Assembly: GCA_037720395.1 (NCBI GenBank)
Contig: JBBJMR010000004.1
Location: 10,535 to 74,534, forward strand
Source: Polyangiaceae bacterium
GTDB lineage: Bacteria > Myxococcota_A > Polyangia > Polyangiales > Polyangiaceae
Direction: 5' to 3'
DNA length: 64,000 nucleotides
Part shown: positions 50,145-60,165 of the stretch, piece after piece
Position numbering within the stretch: position 1 is the stretch's first letter
Layout: every line of letters begins with the position of its first letter
Notes under the pieces: model-generated
What the model was told of the DNA's origin: nothing
Seen by the model: only the letters and a program-made list of their open reading frames with translations
The model's database searches: none
Made by a program: the position numbers and the translations under genes

Positions 50145-50897
50145 ATGCGCCGCGTCACCGCCGAGGCCGTGGGCAGCTTCCTGCTGGTGTTCGCCGCCGG
50201 CGGTGCGCTGTTCGTCGGCGAGCCGGCCGGCAGCGCGACGCTGGTGGCGCTGGCCGCGGGCATGGCCCTGGCCGCGGCGACGCTCGTGCTCGGCCCGATC
50301 TCGGGTGCCTGCCTGAACCCGGCCGTGGCGGTGGCGGCAGCGATCGCCGGCAGGCTGCGCGCGCGGGAGATGGCGGCCTACGTCGCGGCGCAGCTCGCCG
50401 GTGCCACCGCCGCCGCCGCGCTGCTGGCGGTGCTGGCCCGCGGGCGCGCGGGCGCGACGCAGGAGGCCCCCGCGCTGCTGGCCAACGGATGGGGCGCGCT
50501 GTCGCCGGGCTGGTACGGCATGGAGGTGGCGCTGGTGGTCGAGCTCGGGCTGGGCGCGGTGCTCGTCCTGGCGTGGCTCGGCGTCTCGCAGGCGTCGTGG
50601 TGGCGCCGCGCCCTGCTGCTCGGCGCGCTGCAGGTGGCGCTCTACCTGGTGGCCGTGCCCGTGACCGGCGCGGCGCTGAACCCGGCGCGCGCGCTGGCCA
50701 CCGCATGGTTCGTCGGCGGCGTGGCGCTCGAGCAGGTGTGGCTCTTCGTCGCCGCGCCGCTCGCCGGAGCCATCGTTGCTGCCTTGCTGCACCGCGCGGT
50801 GCGCGGGCGCGGCGTGCCTCGCCTCGCGCGCGCGGGTGGTGCGGTCGCCACGTCGTGCGCCGCGCTTCTCCAGCCGGTGCGGTTCCCGACCCGGTAG
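50145..50897 (+). CDS. aqpZ: Aquaporin / MIP-family channel
   Basis: Two NPA boxes (LNPAVAV, LNPARAL) and six TM helices. Confidence 0.85.
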   Translation: MRRVTAEAVGSFLLVFAAGGALFVGEPAGSATLVALAAGMALAAATLVLGPISGACLNPAVAVAAAIAGRLRAREMAAYVAAQLAGATAAAALLAVLARGRAGATQEAPALLANGWGALSPGWYGMEVALVVELGLGAVLVLAWLGVSQASWWRRALLLGALQVALYLVAVPVTGAALNPARALATAWFVGGVALEQVWLFVAAPLAGAIVAALLHRAVRGRGVPRLARAGGAVATSCAALLQPVRFPTR

Positions 50898-51078
50898 GCG
50901 TTGGATCTCGACGTCGTCGAAGCACACGTGACGCGGAGCCGGTGACACTTCGCGCCGCGCCGAGCATCCGAAGATTCGCAGCCACGATCTGCCTCCTGCT
51001 TCTGACGGCGCGCCGAAAAGCAGCATGCGAGGCTCCGAAACCCGCGCTGACCGCGCCTCGCGAGCTCTGAGCAGCTGG

Positions 51079-51498
51079 ATCGCCTGGTCCGATCGCGAGC
51101 TTGTTTCTGCTCGGAGACAAATCGCCTGGTCCGATCGCGAGCTTGTTTCTGCTGGGAGACAGATCGCCTGGTCCGATCGCGCGCTTCATTCTGCTGGGAG
51201 AAAAATCGCCTGGTCCGATCGAGAGAGGTTTGCTCCGTGCAGAAAGACTCTCGCGATCGAAGCAGGCGAATCACCTCCGGGGTGTTGCGCGCCCGTGATC
51301 GGACCAGACGAAATTGCTGCCAGCAGTGACGCACGGCCGATCGGACCAGGCTGTCGGACCCCGAGGAGAAAAGTTCTCTCGATCCGACCACGCGGTCGAA
51401 CTGCCAGCAGCTTCTTCGCCGCGATCGGATCACACGAATTCGCTCCCGGGAGCTGAAGGAGCCACTCCGATCGCCTGAGATCTGCTCCCGGGAGCTCG
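51079..51498. repeat. Intergenic array with strict 42-bp periodicity: 4 direct units, 4 inverted units, then 2 palindromes
   Basis: ATCGCCTGGTCCGATCG occurs at 51079, 51121, 51163 and 51205. The reverse core GATCGGACCAG-like occurs at 51297, 51339, 51381 and 51423. GCTCCCGGGAGC occurs at 51442 and 51484. GC is lower than the flanks. Confidence 0.9.
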
Positions 51499-51681
51499 AC
51501 GAAGCCGGTCGACGCGCCGCAACCGCCGTTCGTGGTCACCGCGGCCGTCGCCGGCGCGGCCGCGGTGAGGATCGGATCGCCGGCCGTGCCGAGCTCGCGC
51601 ACCAGGTCGGTGCCGAGCGTCTGGGCCCGACGGCTCGCGGTTTCGACGGGGGCACTGTCGGCCTGAGCGGCTCCGGCAGCC

Positions 51682-52713
51682 CTACACCGAATCCGCGAAG
51701 CTCTCCCCCTGCGCCAGCAACCCGGGCAGCCCGCCGGTGTGAATGAACAGCACCCGCTCGCCCCGCAGCGCGCCGCTGTCCACCAGGTCCCACAGCCCGG
51801 CCAGCGCCTTGCCCGTGTACACCGGATCGAAGACCAGCCCACTGAGCCGCGTCGCCTCCACCATGCGCCGCCGCTGCGCCGCCGTGCTCACCGCGTACGC
51901 CGGCCCCTTGGCCCCATCGTCGACCACCAGCCGCGCCGCGGCGCCGCGCAGGCGCGGGTCGAGCTCCACCGCCTCGGCGATGATGCGCTCGATGACCCGC
52001 TCGAACGTGGGCGCGTCGTCGCACACCGCCATGGCCCGCACCTCGGCGGCCACCTCGTAGCGCCCGGCGCCGAGCACCACGCCGGCGGCCGTCCCGCCGG
52101 AGCCGCAGGCGTGCACCACCACATCGAAGGCCTTGCCGCCGCCGAGACCGAGGTCCAGCTGCCGGCGCACCTCGGCCATGGCCTCGACGTATCCCAGCGA
52201 GCCGAGCCCGTTCGATCCGCCCTCCGGCACCACGTACGGTCGCGCGCCGCCGGCGGCGAGCTCGCGCGCGGCCTCGTCCATGATGCGGGCGCGCTCCCGG
52301 TACTCGGCTGGCGAGATGAGGCGGATCTCGGCGCCGACCATGCGATCGAGGAGCACGTTGCCCTCGAGCGCGATCCTGGCGGCGTCGCGCTCGGCGTCGA
52401 GCGTGCGCAGGAAGAGCACCGCGCGCATCCCCAGCGCCGCGGCGCACAGCGCGGTGGCGCGCGCGTGGTTCGACTGGATGCCGCCGCAGGTGACGATGGT
52501 GTCCGCGCCGCGTGCCTGGGCGTCGGCGAGCAGGTACTCCAGCTTGCGCACCTTGTTGCCGGTCTCGGCCCCGCCGGTGGCGTCGTCGCGCTTGACCCAC
52601 AGGTCGATGCCCATGACCTGCGCCAGCCGGCGCGGGGACACGAGCGGCGTCGGCAGGTGCGCCAGCCGCAGGCGCGGCAAGCGCCCCGCATCGCCGCCCT
52701 GCGCGCCGTCCAC
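51682..52713 (-). CDS. PLP-dependent D-cysteine desulfhydrase / ACC deaminase family enzyme
   Basis: Contains LPTPL, WVKRDDATGGAETGNKVRKLEYLL (PLP lysine context) and CGGIQSNHARATA. Confidence 0.85.
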   Translation of the reverse strand: MDGAQGGDAGRLPRLRLAHLPTPLVSPRRLAQVMGIDLWVKRDDATGGAETGNKVRKLEYLLADAQARGADTIVTCGGIQSNHARATALCAAALGMRAVLFLRTLDAERDAARIALEGNVLLDRMVGAEIRLISPAEYRERARIMDEAARELAAGGARPYVVPEGGSNGLGSLGYVEAMAEVRRQLDLGLGGGKAFDVVVHACGSGGTAAGVVLGAGRYEVAAEVRAMAVCDDAPTFERVIERIIAEAVELDPRLRGAAARLVVDDGAKGPAYAVSTAAQRRRMVEATRLSGLVFDPVYTGKALAGLWDLVDSGALRGERVLFIHTGGLPGLLAQGESFADSV

Positions 52714-52714
52714 C

Positions 52715-53233
52715 TCAGGCCTCGACGCGCACCAGCTTGGCGCCCGCTTCCACCGTGTCTCCGGCGGCGACGAAGACGCCGGTGACCTTGCCGCTCACGT
52801 CGGCGGCGAGCTCGTTCTCCATCTTCATCGCCTCGACCACGCACACCGGCTGGCCGGCGGTCACCGCGTCGCCCTCGGCGACGAGCAGCTTGAGCACGCG
52901 CCCGTTCATGGGCGAGCTGACCAGCCCCTCCGCGTCGCCGTTGTGCGGATTGCGCGCGGCCACCGCCCGGGTGCGCTCGCTCTCCACCCGCGCGTAGAAG
53001 CGGTGCCCATGGGCCACCACCCCCACCTCCGGGCTGCCGGTCTTGCCCTCCATGAAGAGGTCGACCACGCGGCCGTCGATGCGCACGTTCGAGTACTGGG
53101 GCCGCGCCGGCGCCACCACGGTGTCCGTGCTCAGCGTGCGGCCCTCGACGGCGACGCGCGTCTCGCCGGTCGGCAGATGGGTCACGTCGACGGCCACCTC
53201 GGCTCCGTCCGGGAACGTCACGTAGTACCGCAT
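52715..53233 (-). CDS. Biotin carboxyl carrier-like protein (biotinyl/lipoyl domain)
   Basis: C-terminal domain has the canonical EAMKMENEL biotinylation motif. Its start overlaps the stop of the upstream OM protein gene by 1 nt. Confidence 0.75.
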   Translation of the reverse strand: MRYYVTFPDGAEVAVDVTHLPTGETRVAVEGRTLSTDTVVAPARPQYSNVRIDGRVVDLFMEGKTGSPEVGVVAHGHRFYARVESERTRAVAARNPHNGDAEGLVSSPMNGRVLKLLVAEGDAVTAGQPVCVVEAMKMENELAADVSGKVTGVFVAAGDTVEAGAKLVRVEA

Positions 53234-55338
53234 CAGTACTGGAGCCCCAGCTCGAGCTGCCCGGCGTACTGCTTGCCGAGCCCGTTGCCGGCGTCGTCGT
53301 CGAAGGCGTGGCCGGTGAAGAGCACGCCGCCCTCGGCGCCGACCTGCACCGTGGTCACCCCATCCAGGGCGATGCGCCCCTCCACGCCGGCGTCGAGCTC
53401 CACGCCCAGGTCGTGCCGCTCCGGGTCGCCGCCGTCGTAGTTGCGGTACGAGCCGAGCGCGCCGGCCTGGTAGGGGTCGACCAGATCGGCGGTGGTCTGG
53501 GCGATGACCGCGCCGGCCTTGAGGTCCATCCAGTGCCAGGGGCGCACGATGACGCGCGGGTTCAGGTAGGTGGCTCCGAAGACGCCGCCCTTGCTGGGCA
53601 AGAGCTGCAAGCCGGGCGTGGCGCGGTTCACGATGCGCGGGTCCTGGGCGATGGTCGCCGAGCGCGCCGTCTTCCAGGCCATCACGTGATCGAAGAGCAC
53701 CAGCCCCACGTTGTGGTTGGGGTCGAAGGTGAAGCGGCGGGTGGTGCCGTCGTAGGGGTCGGCGTCGCCCGAGGCGTAGCCCCACTCCACCTCGCCGACC
53801 ACGCGCCCGAAGCGCTCCTTGCCGGTGCCGGTGACCTTGACCGCGCCCAGGGTGACCGCGCCGCCGAAGGTGCGCACCCGCTCGCTCTCGCGCTCGGCGC
53901 GCGCGTTGATCACGCTGCCCGGCGCGCTGCGCAAGGCGTTGCTGGAGCCGAAGATGAAGGCCCACTCGAACTCGCCGTAGACGAAGGCCTCGGCGCCGCC
54001 CACCGGCGCGTTGAACTTGCCGGACAGGTCGAGCACGCCCACGGTCAGCCCGTCCTGGAACGGCGTCAGCGAGGCGTTGCTGGCCGAGCCGGGCACCGAC
54101 TCGCGCTCCGTGTCCTGCTTGCGCAGGACGCCGTAGATCCCGATCTCCGCCGGCTTCGTGCGCCAGAGGACGGCGAGCACGCCCTGCAGCGCGCGGTTGC
54201 CGACGTCGTCGTCGTCATCGAAGTCCGGGTCGTCTCCGTCGATGAGGTCGGCGGTGTTGTCCTCGAAGACCAGGTCGCCGGCGATGGCGATGGTCAGCGG
54301 CGTGCCGCGCCCCATCGGGGTGGTGGCGAAGAGCACGCGGTCGACGAGGCTGCCGCGCTGGTAGTCGCCGAAGAGCGTCGGGTGATCGCCGTCGTTGGCG
54401 AGCAGGCCCATGCCCCAGTGCGAGCCCTGCTGGCCGATGCGGAAGAGCCCGAACGGCGCCTGGTACTCGAGGTAGAGGTAGCGCGGCTGCACCTCGTACC
54501 AGCGCTCCTCGGAGAGCGAGTCGCGCACCCGATCGACGTACTGGGTGGTGTCGCCGAAGATCATCCCGCGTGGGATGTCGATCTGCCCGACGATCTGGAT
54601 CTTGTCGCGGTAGCGAAGGCGCGGGGTGATGCGCAGCCAGTGGTAGACGTACTGGTTGAGACCCAGGGTGTTCGCCGACGGGTCGAGCTGCGGCGGCTGC
54701 AAGCGCAGGTCGTTGTGGGCGCGGTAGCGCAGCTGGTACTCGCCGTGGACGTCGACGGCGATGCGATCGGCGGCGGGCGGGGCGACGGCGATGCGGCCGG
54801 TGTCGAACACCAGGCGTTCCTCGAAGCCGGTGGGGTCGTCCGGCGGCGGGCCGGGCGTGGCCGCCGGCGGGGGCGCGGCGCGCAGCACCGGTGCCCTGGA
54901 GCCAACCGGTCTGGGCGCGGGCGTCGGTGTGGCGGCGGGGGGCGCAGGCGCGGCGGTCGCCGGCGGCGGCTGCTCGGCTGTGCCGCAGGCGGCGGAGGTC
55001 GGGCGGGCTTGTCCGGAGGCGGAGCAGGAGCCGGAGGAGCGGGCTGCGCGGGAGCGGGAGCCGGAGCCGGAGCCGGAGGAGCGGGCTGCGCAGGAGCTGG
55101 CGGCGGGCGGCTGCGGCGGCGCGGCCGGCGGCAGCGGGATGGGATCGACGGGCGGCACGCCGGGCTGCGCGGACGCAGGGGCCGCGGGGGCGAGCAGGGC
55201 CATCATCACCGCCAGCGGCGCCGCGCGGCGGAGGCTGGCAGGGCGCGCTGCACGAGGCTCCGCGAGGAGACCTCGTTCCTGTCGAGGGTCGCGGGCGGGC
55301 ACCTGGGCGGCGGCAGGATAGGCGATCGCCTCGGCCAT
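53233..55338 (-). CDS. Putative outer-membrane beta-barrel protein with Pro/Ala-rich N-terminal region
   Basis: Signal peptide [15 protein letters not shown], a Pro-rich linker, then about 500 aa of alternating beta-strand pattern ending QLELGLQY (terminal aromatic residue). Confidence 0.55.
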   Translation of the reverse strand: MAEAIAYPAAAQVPARDPRQERGLLAEPRAARPASLRRAAPLAVMMALLAPAAPASAQPGVPPVDPIPLPPAAPPQPPAASSCAARSSGSGSGSRSRAARSSGSCSASGQARPTSAACGTAEQPPPATAAPAPPAATPTPAPRPVGSRAPVLRAAPPPAATPGPPPDDPTGFEERLVFDTGRIAVAPPAADRIAVDVHGEYQLRYRAHNDLRLQPPQLDPSANTLGLNQYVYHWLRITPRLRYRDKIQIVGQIDIPRGMIFGDTTQYVDRVRDSLSEERWYEVQPRYLYLEYQAPFGLFRIGQQGSHWGMGLLANDGDHPTLFGDYQRGSLVDRVLFATTPMGRGTPLTIAIAGDLVFEDNTADLIDGDDPDFDDDDDVGNRALQGVLAVLWRTKPAEIGIYGVLRKQDTERESVPGSASNASLTPFQDGLTVGVLDLSGKFNAPVGGAEAFVYGEFEWAFIFGSSNALRSAPGSVINARAERESERVRTFGGAVTLGAVKVTGTGKERFGRVVGEVEWGYASGDADPYDGTTRRFTFDPNHNVGLVLFDHVMAWKTARSATIAQDPRIVNRATPGLQLLPSKGGVFGATYLNPRVIVRPWHWMDLKAGAVIAQTTADLVDPYQAGALGSYRNYDGGDPERHDLGVELDAGVEGRIALDGVTTVQVGAEGGVLFTGHAFDDDAGNGLGKQYAGQLELGLQY

Positions 55339-55381
55339 CGATCCGGAATTCTGCGGGTATCGTCTGCTATCTTGCGCGGCC

Positions 55382-56983
55382 GTGTTGCCGCCTGACTCCC
55401 ATGCGCGCCGCGGTCCCGAGTGGAGCGACCGCTCGGTGCCGCCCATCGAGCTCGGTCGTCCCATCGGCCTCGCCGCGCTCTGCGATGTCGCCCGCCACGG
55501 GCGCGGCGTGGTGCTCGGCCCCGACGTGCGCGCCCGCGTCGACGCCTCGCGCCGCGCCGTCGATCGCCTGACCAGCGCCGGCGACGCCGCGCCTCCGGTC
55601 TACGGCATCAACACCGGCTTCGGCGCCTTGGCCGAGAAGCGCATCGCCGACCGCGACGTGCGCGCGCTGCAGAAGAACCTGGTGCGCAGCCATGCCTGCG
55701 GGGTGGGCCCCGACCTCGGGGTGCCGGAGGTGCGCGCCATGATGCTGCTGCGCGCCCAGGTGGTGGCGCTGGGGCACTCCGGCGTGCGCGCCGAGGTCGT
55801 CGACCTCCTGATAGACATGCTCGATCGCGGCGTCGTCCCGCGCGTACCGGCGCAGGGCTCGGTGGGCGCCTCCGGCGACCTGGCCCCGCTCGCGCACCTG
55901 GCGCTGGCGCTCATCGGTGAGGGCGAGGCCTTCCTGGAGGGCAAGAAGGTCGACGCCGGCCAGGCGCTGCGCGAGGTCGGCCTGGCGCCGCTCGAGCTCG
56001 CTGCCAAGGAGGGCCTGGCCCTCATCAATGGCACGCAATACATGACCGCCATCGGCGCGCTCGCCGTGCACGATGCGCTCGAGCTGTGCCGCTTCGCCGA
56101 CGTGGCCGGCGCGGTCAGCCTCGAGGCGCTCAAGGGATCCAAGCGCCCCTTCGACCCGCGTCTGATGCAGGTGCGCCCGCATCCCGGCCAGGAGCAGTGC
56201 GCGGCCAACCTGCGCGCGCTGCTCGAGGGCAGCGAGATCATGGAGAGCCACGCCAACTGCGGCAAGGTGCAGGACCCGTACTCGCTGCGCTGCATGCCGC
56301 AGGTACACGGCGCCAGCCGCGACGCGCTGCGCTGGGCGGCGGACGTGCTCGAGCGCGAGATCAACAGCGTCACCGACAACCCCACCGTCTTCCTCGGGGA
56401 GGGCGACGAGGCGGAGGTGCTCTCCGGCGGCAACTTCCACGGCCAGCCGGTGGCCCTGGCGCTCGACCTGGCCGCCATCGCCGTCGCCGAGCTGGCGAAC
56501 ATCAGCGAGCGGCGCGTGGAGCAGCTCGTCAACCCGGCGCTGTCCAGCGGCCTGACCCCGTTCCTGGCGCCGGACAGCGGCCTGCACTCGGGCTTCATGA
56601 TCGCCCAGGTAGCCAGCGCGTCGGTGGTCAGCGAGAACAAGATCCTCTGCCACCCGGCGAGCGTCGACTCCATCCCGTCGAGCGCGGGGCGCGAGGATCA
56701 CGTGAGCATGGGCAGCATCGGCGCGCGCAAGCTGGCGCAGGTCATCGACAACGTGCGCTCCTCGCTGTCCATCGAGATGCTCACCGCGGCCGCCGGCATC
56801 GATCAGCGCCAGCCGCTGCGCCCGAGCACCGGCGTCGCCGCCGCGCACGCGCACGTCCGCGAGGTGGTGCCGCCGCTCGTGGAGGACCGGCCGCTCTACC
56901 GCGACATCGCCGCAGTGCGGCAGATGCTGGAGGTCGGCTCGCTGGTGCGCGCGGTCGAGACGGCGGTCGGCGCGTTGCGCTGA
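55382..56983 (+). CDS. hutH: Histidine ammonia-lyase
   Basis: MIO-forming [15 protein letters not shown] motif. Length and overall pattern match HAL. Confidence 0.9.
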   Translation: MLPPDSHARRGPEWSDRSVPPIELGRPIGLAALCDVARHGRGVVLGPDVRARVDASRRAVDRLTSAGDAAPPVYGINTGFGALAEKRIADRDVRALQKNLVRSHACGVGPDLGVPEVRAMMLLRAQVVALGHSGVRAEVVDLLIDMLDRGVVPRVPAQGSVGASGDLAPLAHLALALIGEGEAFLEGKKVDAGQALREVGLAPLELAAKEGLALINGTQYMTAIGALAVHDALELCRFADVAGAVSLEALKGSKRPFDPRLMQVRPHPGQEQCAANLRALLEGSEIMESHANCGKVQDPYSLRCMPQVHGASRDALRWAADVLEREINSVTDNPTVFLGEGDEAEVLSGGNFHGQPVALALDLAAIAVAELANISERRVEQLVNPALSSGLTPFLAPDSGLHSGFMIAQVASASVVSENKILCHPASVDSIPSSAGREDHVSMGSIGARKLAQVIDNVRSSLSIEMLTAAAGIDQRQPLRPSTGVAAAHAHVREVVPPLVEDRPLYRDIAAVRQMLEVGSLVRAVETAVGALR

Positions 56984-57234
56984 AAAGGCGTTCGTGGTGC
57001 GCCCCGCTGGCCCGGCGTGGCCTGGGCGGTGAATCCCCTTACATCCCAAACCGGCCCCTGACGCCCTCGGAGTCACGACCTTGGCCGTCCAAAAGATCAT
57101 CGGTTCCCGCTGCTTGCGAGCAGTCGCCGTGGTGCGTGGTCGAGTGGAACACGAAACGGACCTCCCATTGGACGCGGCCGGTCGCCCGCAATCGCGGATG
57201 CTCACTTCTCTCGGGCTACGGTGGATCGTTCCCG

Positions 57235-57966
57235 ATGACCGTCTCGTTCGAGGATCTCGGCGCAAGCCGGGACCAGGAGGTGCAACGCAAGCGCATCCTG
57301 CAGCTCAGCCAAGCGTTGCGCGGCGCTCCCCGTGCTGCGCGCGACGGCTTTGCCCAGGTGGCCCGGCTCTTCCGGGCCGGCCGCCGCGCCCGCCTCGCCG
57401 CCGAGGGCGCACCGGCGGATCGCGTGTTCCTGCTGTCCAGCGGACGCGTGCGGCTCGAGCGACGCACGCCGAGCGGCAAGGTCGTCCACCTCGCCCACCT
57501 GGGGCGCGGCGACTTCGTCGGTGACCTCACCCTCTCCGGCGCCGCCGCCGGCGAGAGCGCGTGGTGGTCGAGGAGGTGCGCGGTCTGAGCGTCAGCGTCG
57601 AGGACCTGCGCGAGTTCGCAGCCCGCGAACACGGCCTCTACCTGGCGCTGGGGGCGGCGATGATGGAGCGCCTCGCGCGCTCGAGGATCGCCTGGAGACG
57701 CTGCTGCTCCGGCGCGTCGAGGCACGCCTGGCGTGGCTGCTCCTCTACGCCATGGAGCGCTGGGGAGGAGGAGGCCGGCGGCCGGGTGGTCATCGGCACC
57801 GCCATTCGCCACCACGAGATCGCCAGCATGATCGGCACCGGGCGCGAGTGGGTGACGATGACCCTCGCGCCTCGAAAGCGGGGATCCTCGATGCTTCGGG
57901 GCGCCGGGTGGTCGTGCTCGACGTCGACGCGCTGCGCTCCTCGCGGCGGGGTCGGCGCTCGAGTAG
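57235..57966 (+). pseudogene. Crp/Fnr-family regulator interrupted by at least five frame changes
   Basis: cNMP-binding part (RVFLLSSGRVRLE...GDFVGDL), dimer helix (LEDRLETLLLRRVEARLAWLLL) and HTH (HHEIASMIGTGREWVTMTL ... GRRVVVLDVDALR) are all recognisable. They are spread over all three forward frames with no internal stops. Confidence 0.6.
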
Positions 57967-57975
57967 CTCCAGCCC

Positions 57976-58314
57976 GTGCTCTGGCTCGATCCTTTCCCCT
58001 TCGAGGCCGTGCGCGATCTGCTCGGCGTGGTGCGCTCCATCTACGCCGCCGCCAAGAGCGCCAACGTGGCGCCGCTCGAGCTGTCGCGCATCGCCGCCAT
58101 CGGCGCCGACCTGTCCGAGGCCATGGGCCTGGCCGCGGGCACGCGCCCGGGCACGCTCGGCCAGGCGGCCGCATGGCGCCGCGCCGAGGAGGCCACGCGC
58201 CGCGTCGGCGACCTCGTCGACTCCCTCACCCCCGCCGACGCGCTGGTCGCCGCCGCGCGCGAGCGCGGCGCCGGCGCGCGCTGCATGGTGCGGCGCAAGA
58301 CGCCCGAGCGCTGA
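57976..58314 (+). CDS. Hypothetical protein
   Basis: 112-aa ORF with very high GC3. No domain recognised. Confidence 0.4.
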   Translation: MLWLDPFPFEAVRDLLGVVRSIYAAAKSANVAPLELSRIAAIGADLSEAMGLAAGTRPGTLGQAAAWRRAEEATRRVGDLVDSLTPADALVAAARERGAGARCMVRRKTPER

Positions 58315-58319
58315 GCGCC

Positions 58320-58697
58320 TCAGGATCCGCAGGTGCCGTCGATGCACTCCGCGTAGCACTGCTCGGTCGCGCAGACGTCGAGGTCGATTGCGACCTGCGC
58401 GCCACCTCCGTACACGTTGTAGCAGTCCTGGATGCACGGATCGTCTCCGGCGCAGGCGTAATAACAATCAGTGAAGGGGATGCAGTCCGCGTTCGCGTTG
58501 CAGGCGTTGAGCTCCGAGCCGCAAGCGCAGGCCCCGCAGTCGTTGCAATCACACGTGGCGTGGCAGTCCTGGTTGCCGCTGCTGGAGCCATCGCTGTCGT
58601 CGTCCTCGTCCGCGATCTGGAAGTCGTCGCCGAGGATCTGCGCGCAGGACGCGGCGCCGAGCAGCAGCATGAAGACGACGATGTGCCTGGAGTGCAT
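58320..58697 (-). CDS. Small secreted Cys-rich lipoprotein (different Cys pattern)
   Basis: ATG at 58697. Lipobox LGAASC and an acidic linker. About 22 Cys in about 85 aa. Its start overlaps the upstream stop by 1 nt. Confidence 0.5.
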   Translation of the reverse strand: MHSRHIVVFMLLLGAASCAQILGDDFQIADEDDDSDGSSSGNQDCHATCDCNDCGACACGSELNACNANADCIPFTDCYYACAGDDPCIQDCYNVYGGGAQVAIDLDVCATEQCYAECIDGTCGS

Positions 58698-59722
58698 CAG
58701 AACCTCCCCACGGCGCCGACCTGACCGAGGCCGGCATAAGGAACGATGGTCGCGCCGCTCTGCTTCCTGGAGCTCGGCGCCAGCACCAGCAAGGTGATGC
58801 CGCCGGCGACGCCGACCCCGCCCACGATGAACCCCACGGTGGAGAGGGTGGACAGGGTGTGGAAGTTGTCGAGCGTCTCGCGCCGCTCCGCGGGGCAGTC
58901 GCCGTCCGAGTCGCAATCCCGGTCGAGCAGGGAGTGCTCGCTGATGGCCAGGCCGCCGGTGATCCCGCCGCCGATGAGGCCGGCGGCGCCCACGCCGAGG
59001 GCGATGAAGCCGATGAGCTTCATCGGCGAGCCGCCCTTGGAAGCCGTGGTGGTGTCGCCACCGGCAGGCGGCACGGCGATGGCGCCGGCCGGCACCGGGT
59101 TGGCGGCGCCCGCGGCGGCCTCGGGCTCGAGGGTCAGCGTGACCGTCTCCGCCTGTCCCTCGGCCATGGTGAAGGGGCGCTCGGCGGCCCTGAAGCCGGC
59201 GGCCGTGGCGCGCAGGGTGTGCTGGCCGGGATCGATGGCGCGCTTCACGCCCAGCGCGGCGGCGTTGAGCGGATTGTTGTCGAGCGTCACCGAGACGTTG
59301 CTGCCACCGGTCACCTGCACCGTGACCCAGGGCACGCGCGGCTCGAGCGCCGCCAGCTCCCTGGTGGCGTCCTTCACCGCGTCCTCGAATTGCTTGTTGC
59401 CGCCGGCGGGCACGCCCTCGCGCACGATGCGCTGGTAGCTCTCCTGCGCGGCCACCAGCTTGCCGAGGCCGACCTGCGCGCGTGCCAGCCCGAGCGTCAG
59501 CGTCGGGGCGTGGAAGAGCGCGTCGGCGCGCGCGAACTTCTCGGCGGCGCCGGCGTACTCCTTGGCCTCCAGCGCGGTGGCCGCCTCGAAGGAGAGCTTG
59601 CGCGCCGTGGCGCGGTCCTCATCGCTCTGCGCGTGCGCCGGCTGCGGGACGAGGGCTGCCAGCGCCAGCGCGATGCACCCGGCGCGGAAGCGGCGCGGGG
59701 AAGGGAAGGGGCGATTGGACAT
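58697..59722 (-). CDS. Secreted/membrane protein with TPR-like N-terminus, PEGA-like beta-sandwich and C-terminal TM segments
   Basis: Signal peptide CIALALAALVPQPAHA. PEGA-like segment VTVQVTGGSNVSVTLDNNPL...GQHTLRATAAGF. Two Gly-rich TM helices flank DCDSDGDCP. Confidence 0.5.
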   Translation of the reverse strand: MSNRPFPSPRRFRAGCIALALAALVPQPAHAQSDEDRATARKLSFEAATALEAKEYAGAAEKFARADALFHAPTLTLGLARAQVGLGKLVAAQESYQRIVREGVPAGGNKQFEDAVKDATRELAALEPRVPWVTVQVTGGSNVSVTLDNNPLNAAALGVKRAIDPGQHTLRATAAGFRAAERPFTMAEGQAETVTLTLEPEAAAGAANPVPAGAIAVPPAGGDTTTASKGGSPMKLIGFIALGVGAAGLIGGGITGGLAISEHSLLDRDCDSDGDCPAERRETLDNFHTLSTLSTVGFIVGGVGVAGGITLLVLAPSSRKQSGATIVPYAGLGQVGAVGRF

Positions 59723-59764
59723 GGATGGGGCAATCTGCCGCGCCGGGCTGGCGGCGTCCATGCT

Positions 59765-60165
59765 CTAGAAGCCCGGGTTGAAGGGCTTGCTGCCGGTCTT
59801 GGCAGGCGCGCCGGGGGCGGCCGGCGCGGTGGTCTTGGCGGCGGCCGGCGCGGTGGTCTTGGCGGGGGCGGCCGGGGTGCTGGGTTTGCTCGGCGGGGAC
59901 GCGGCGACGGGCTTGGCGACCGGACCGGCCACCGGCCTGGAGCTGGGTGCGGCGGGCTCGGCGGTGGTGTCGGGCACGACCTCGGGCGCCGCGGTGGACG
60001 CCGCCGGGCGGCGGTCTCCGCCGGCGCGGCGGTCTCCGTGACCGCCGGGGTAATCGACGAGGCCGGTGCGGGGCTGGGCGCGTTCGCGTTGCCGCCGCGA
60101 CCGAAGGACACTGCCCCGGCGATGGCCACGGCCCCGGCGCAAACGGTGAGCACGCTGCCGATCAC
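59765..60165 (-). CDS. Small TM protein with Pro/Ala/Lys-rich tail (frame ambiguity)
   Basis: The ATG at 60165 overlaps the kinase stop (ATGA) and gives a TM helix MIGSVLTVCAGAVAIAGAV. A plausible C-terminus ...KTGSKPFNPGF lies in the frame ending at 59765. Confidence 0.3.

Noticed and set aside
51025-51456. ORFs that translate the 42-bp array as 14-aa repeats (IAWSDRELVSARRQ on plus; AIGPGDLSPSRNKL and ARDRTRRFVSEQKQ on minus)
   Set aside because: Third-codon-position GC in every frame is far below that of genuine genes here. All three frames stay open merely because of the repeat. There is no start context or signal, and half of the array is the inverted complement, which argues for a DNA- or RNA-level element.
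51079-51498. CRISPR array interpretation of the 42-bp periodic repeats
   Set aside because: The period (42 bp) is too short for repeat plus spacer. The inter-core segments are themselves conserved between units, so they are not unique spacers. Half of the units are inverted, and no cas genes are in the window.
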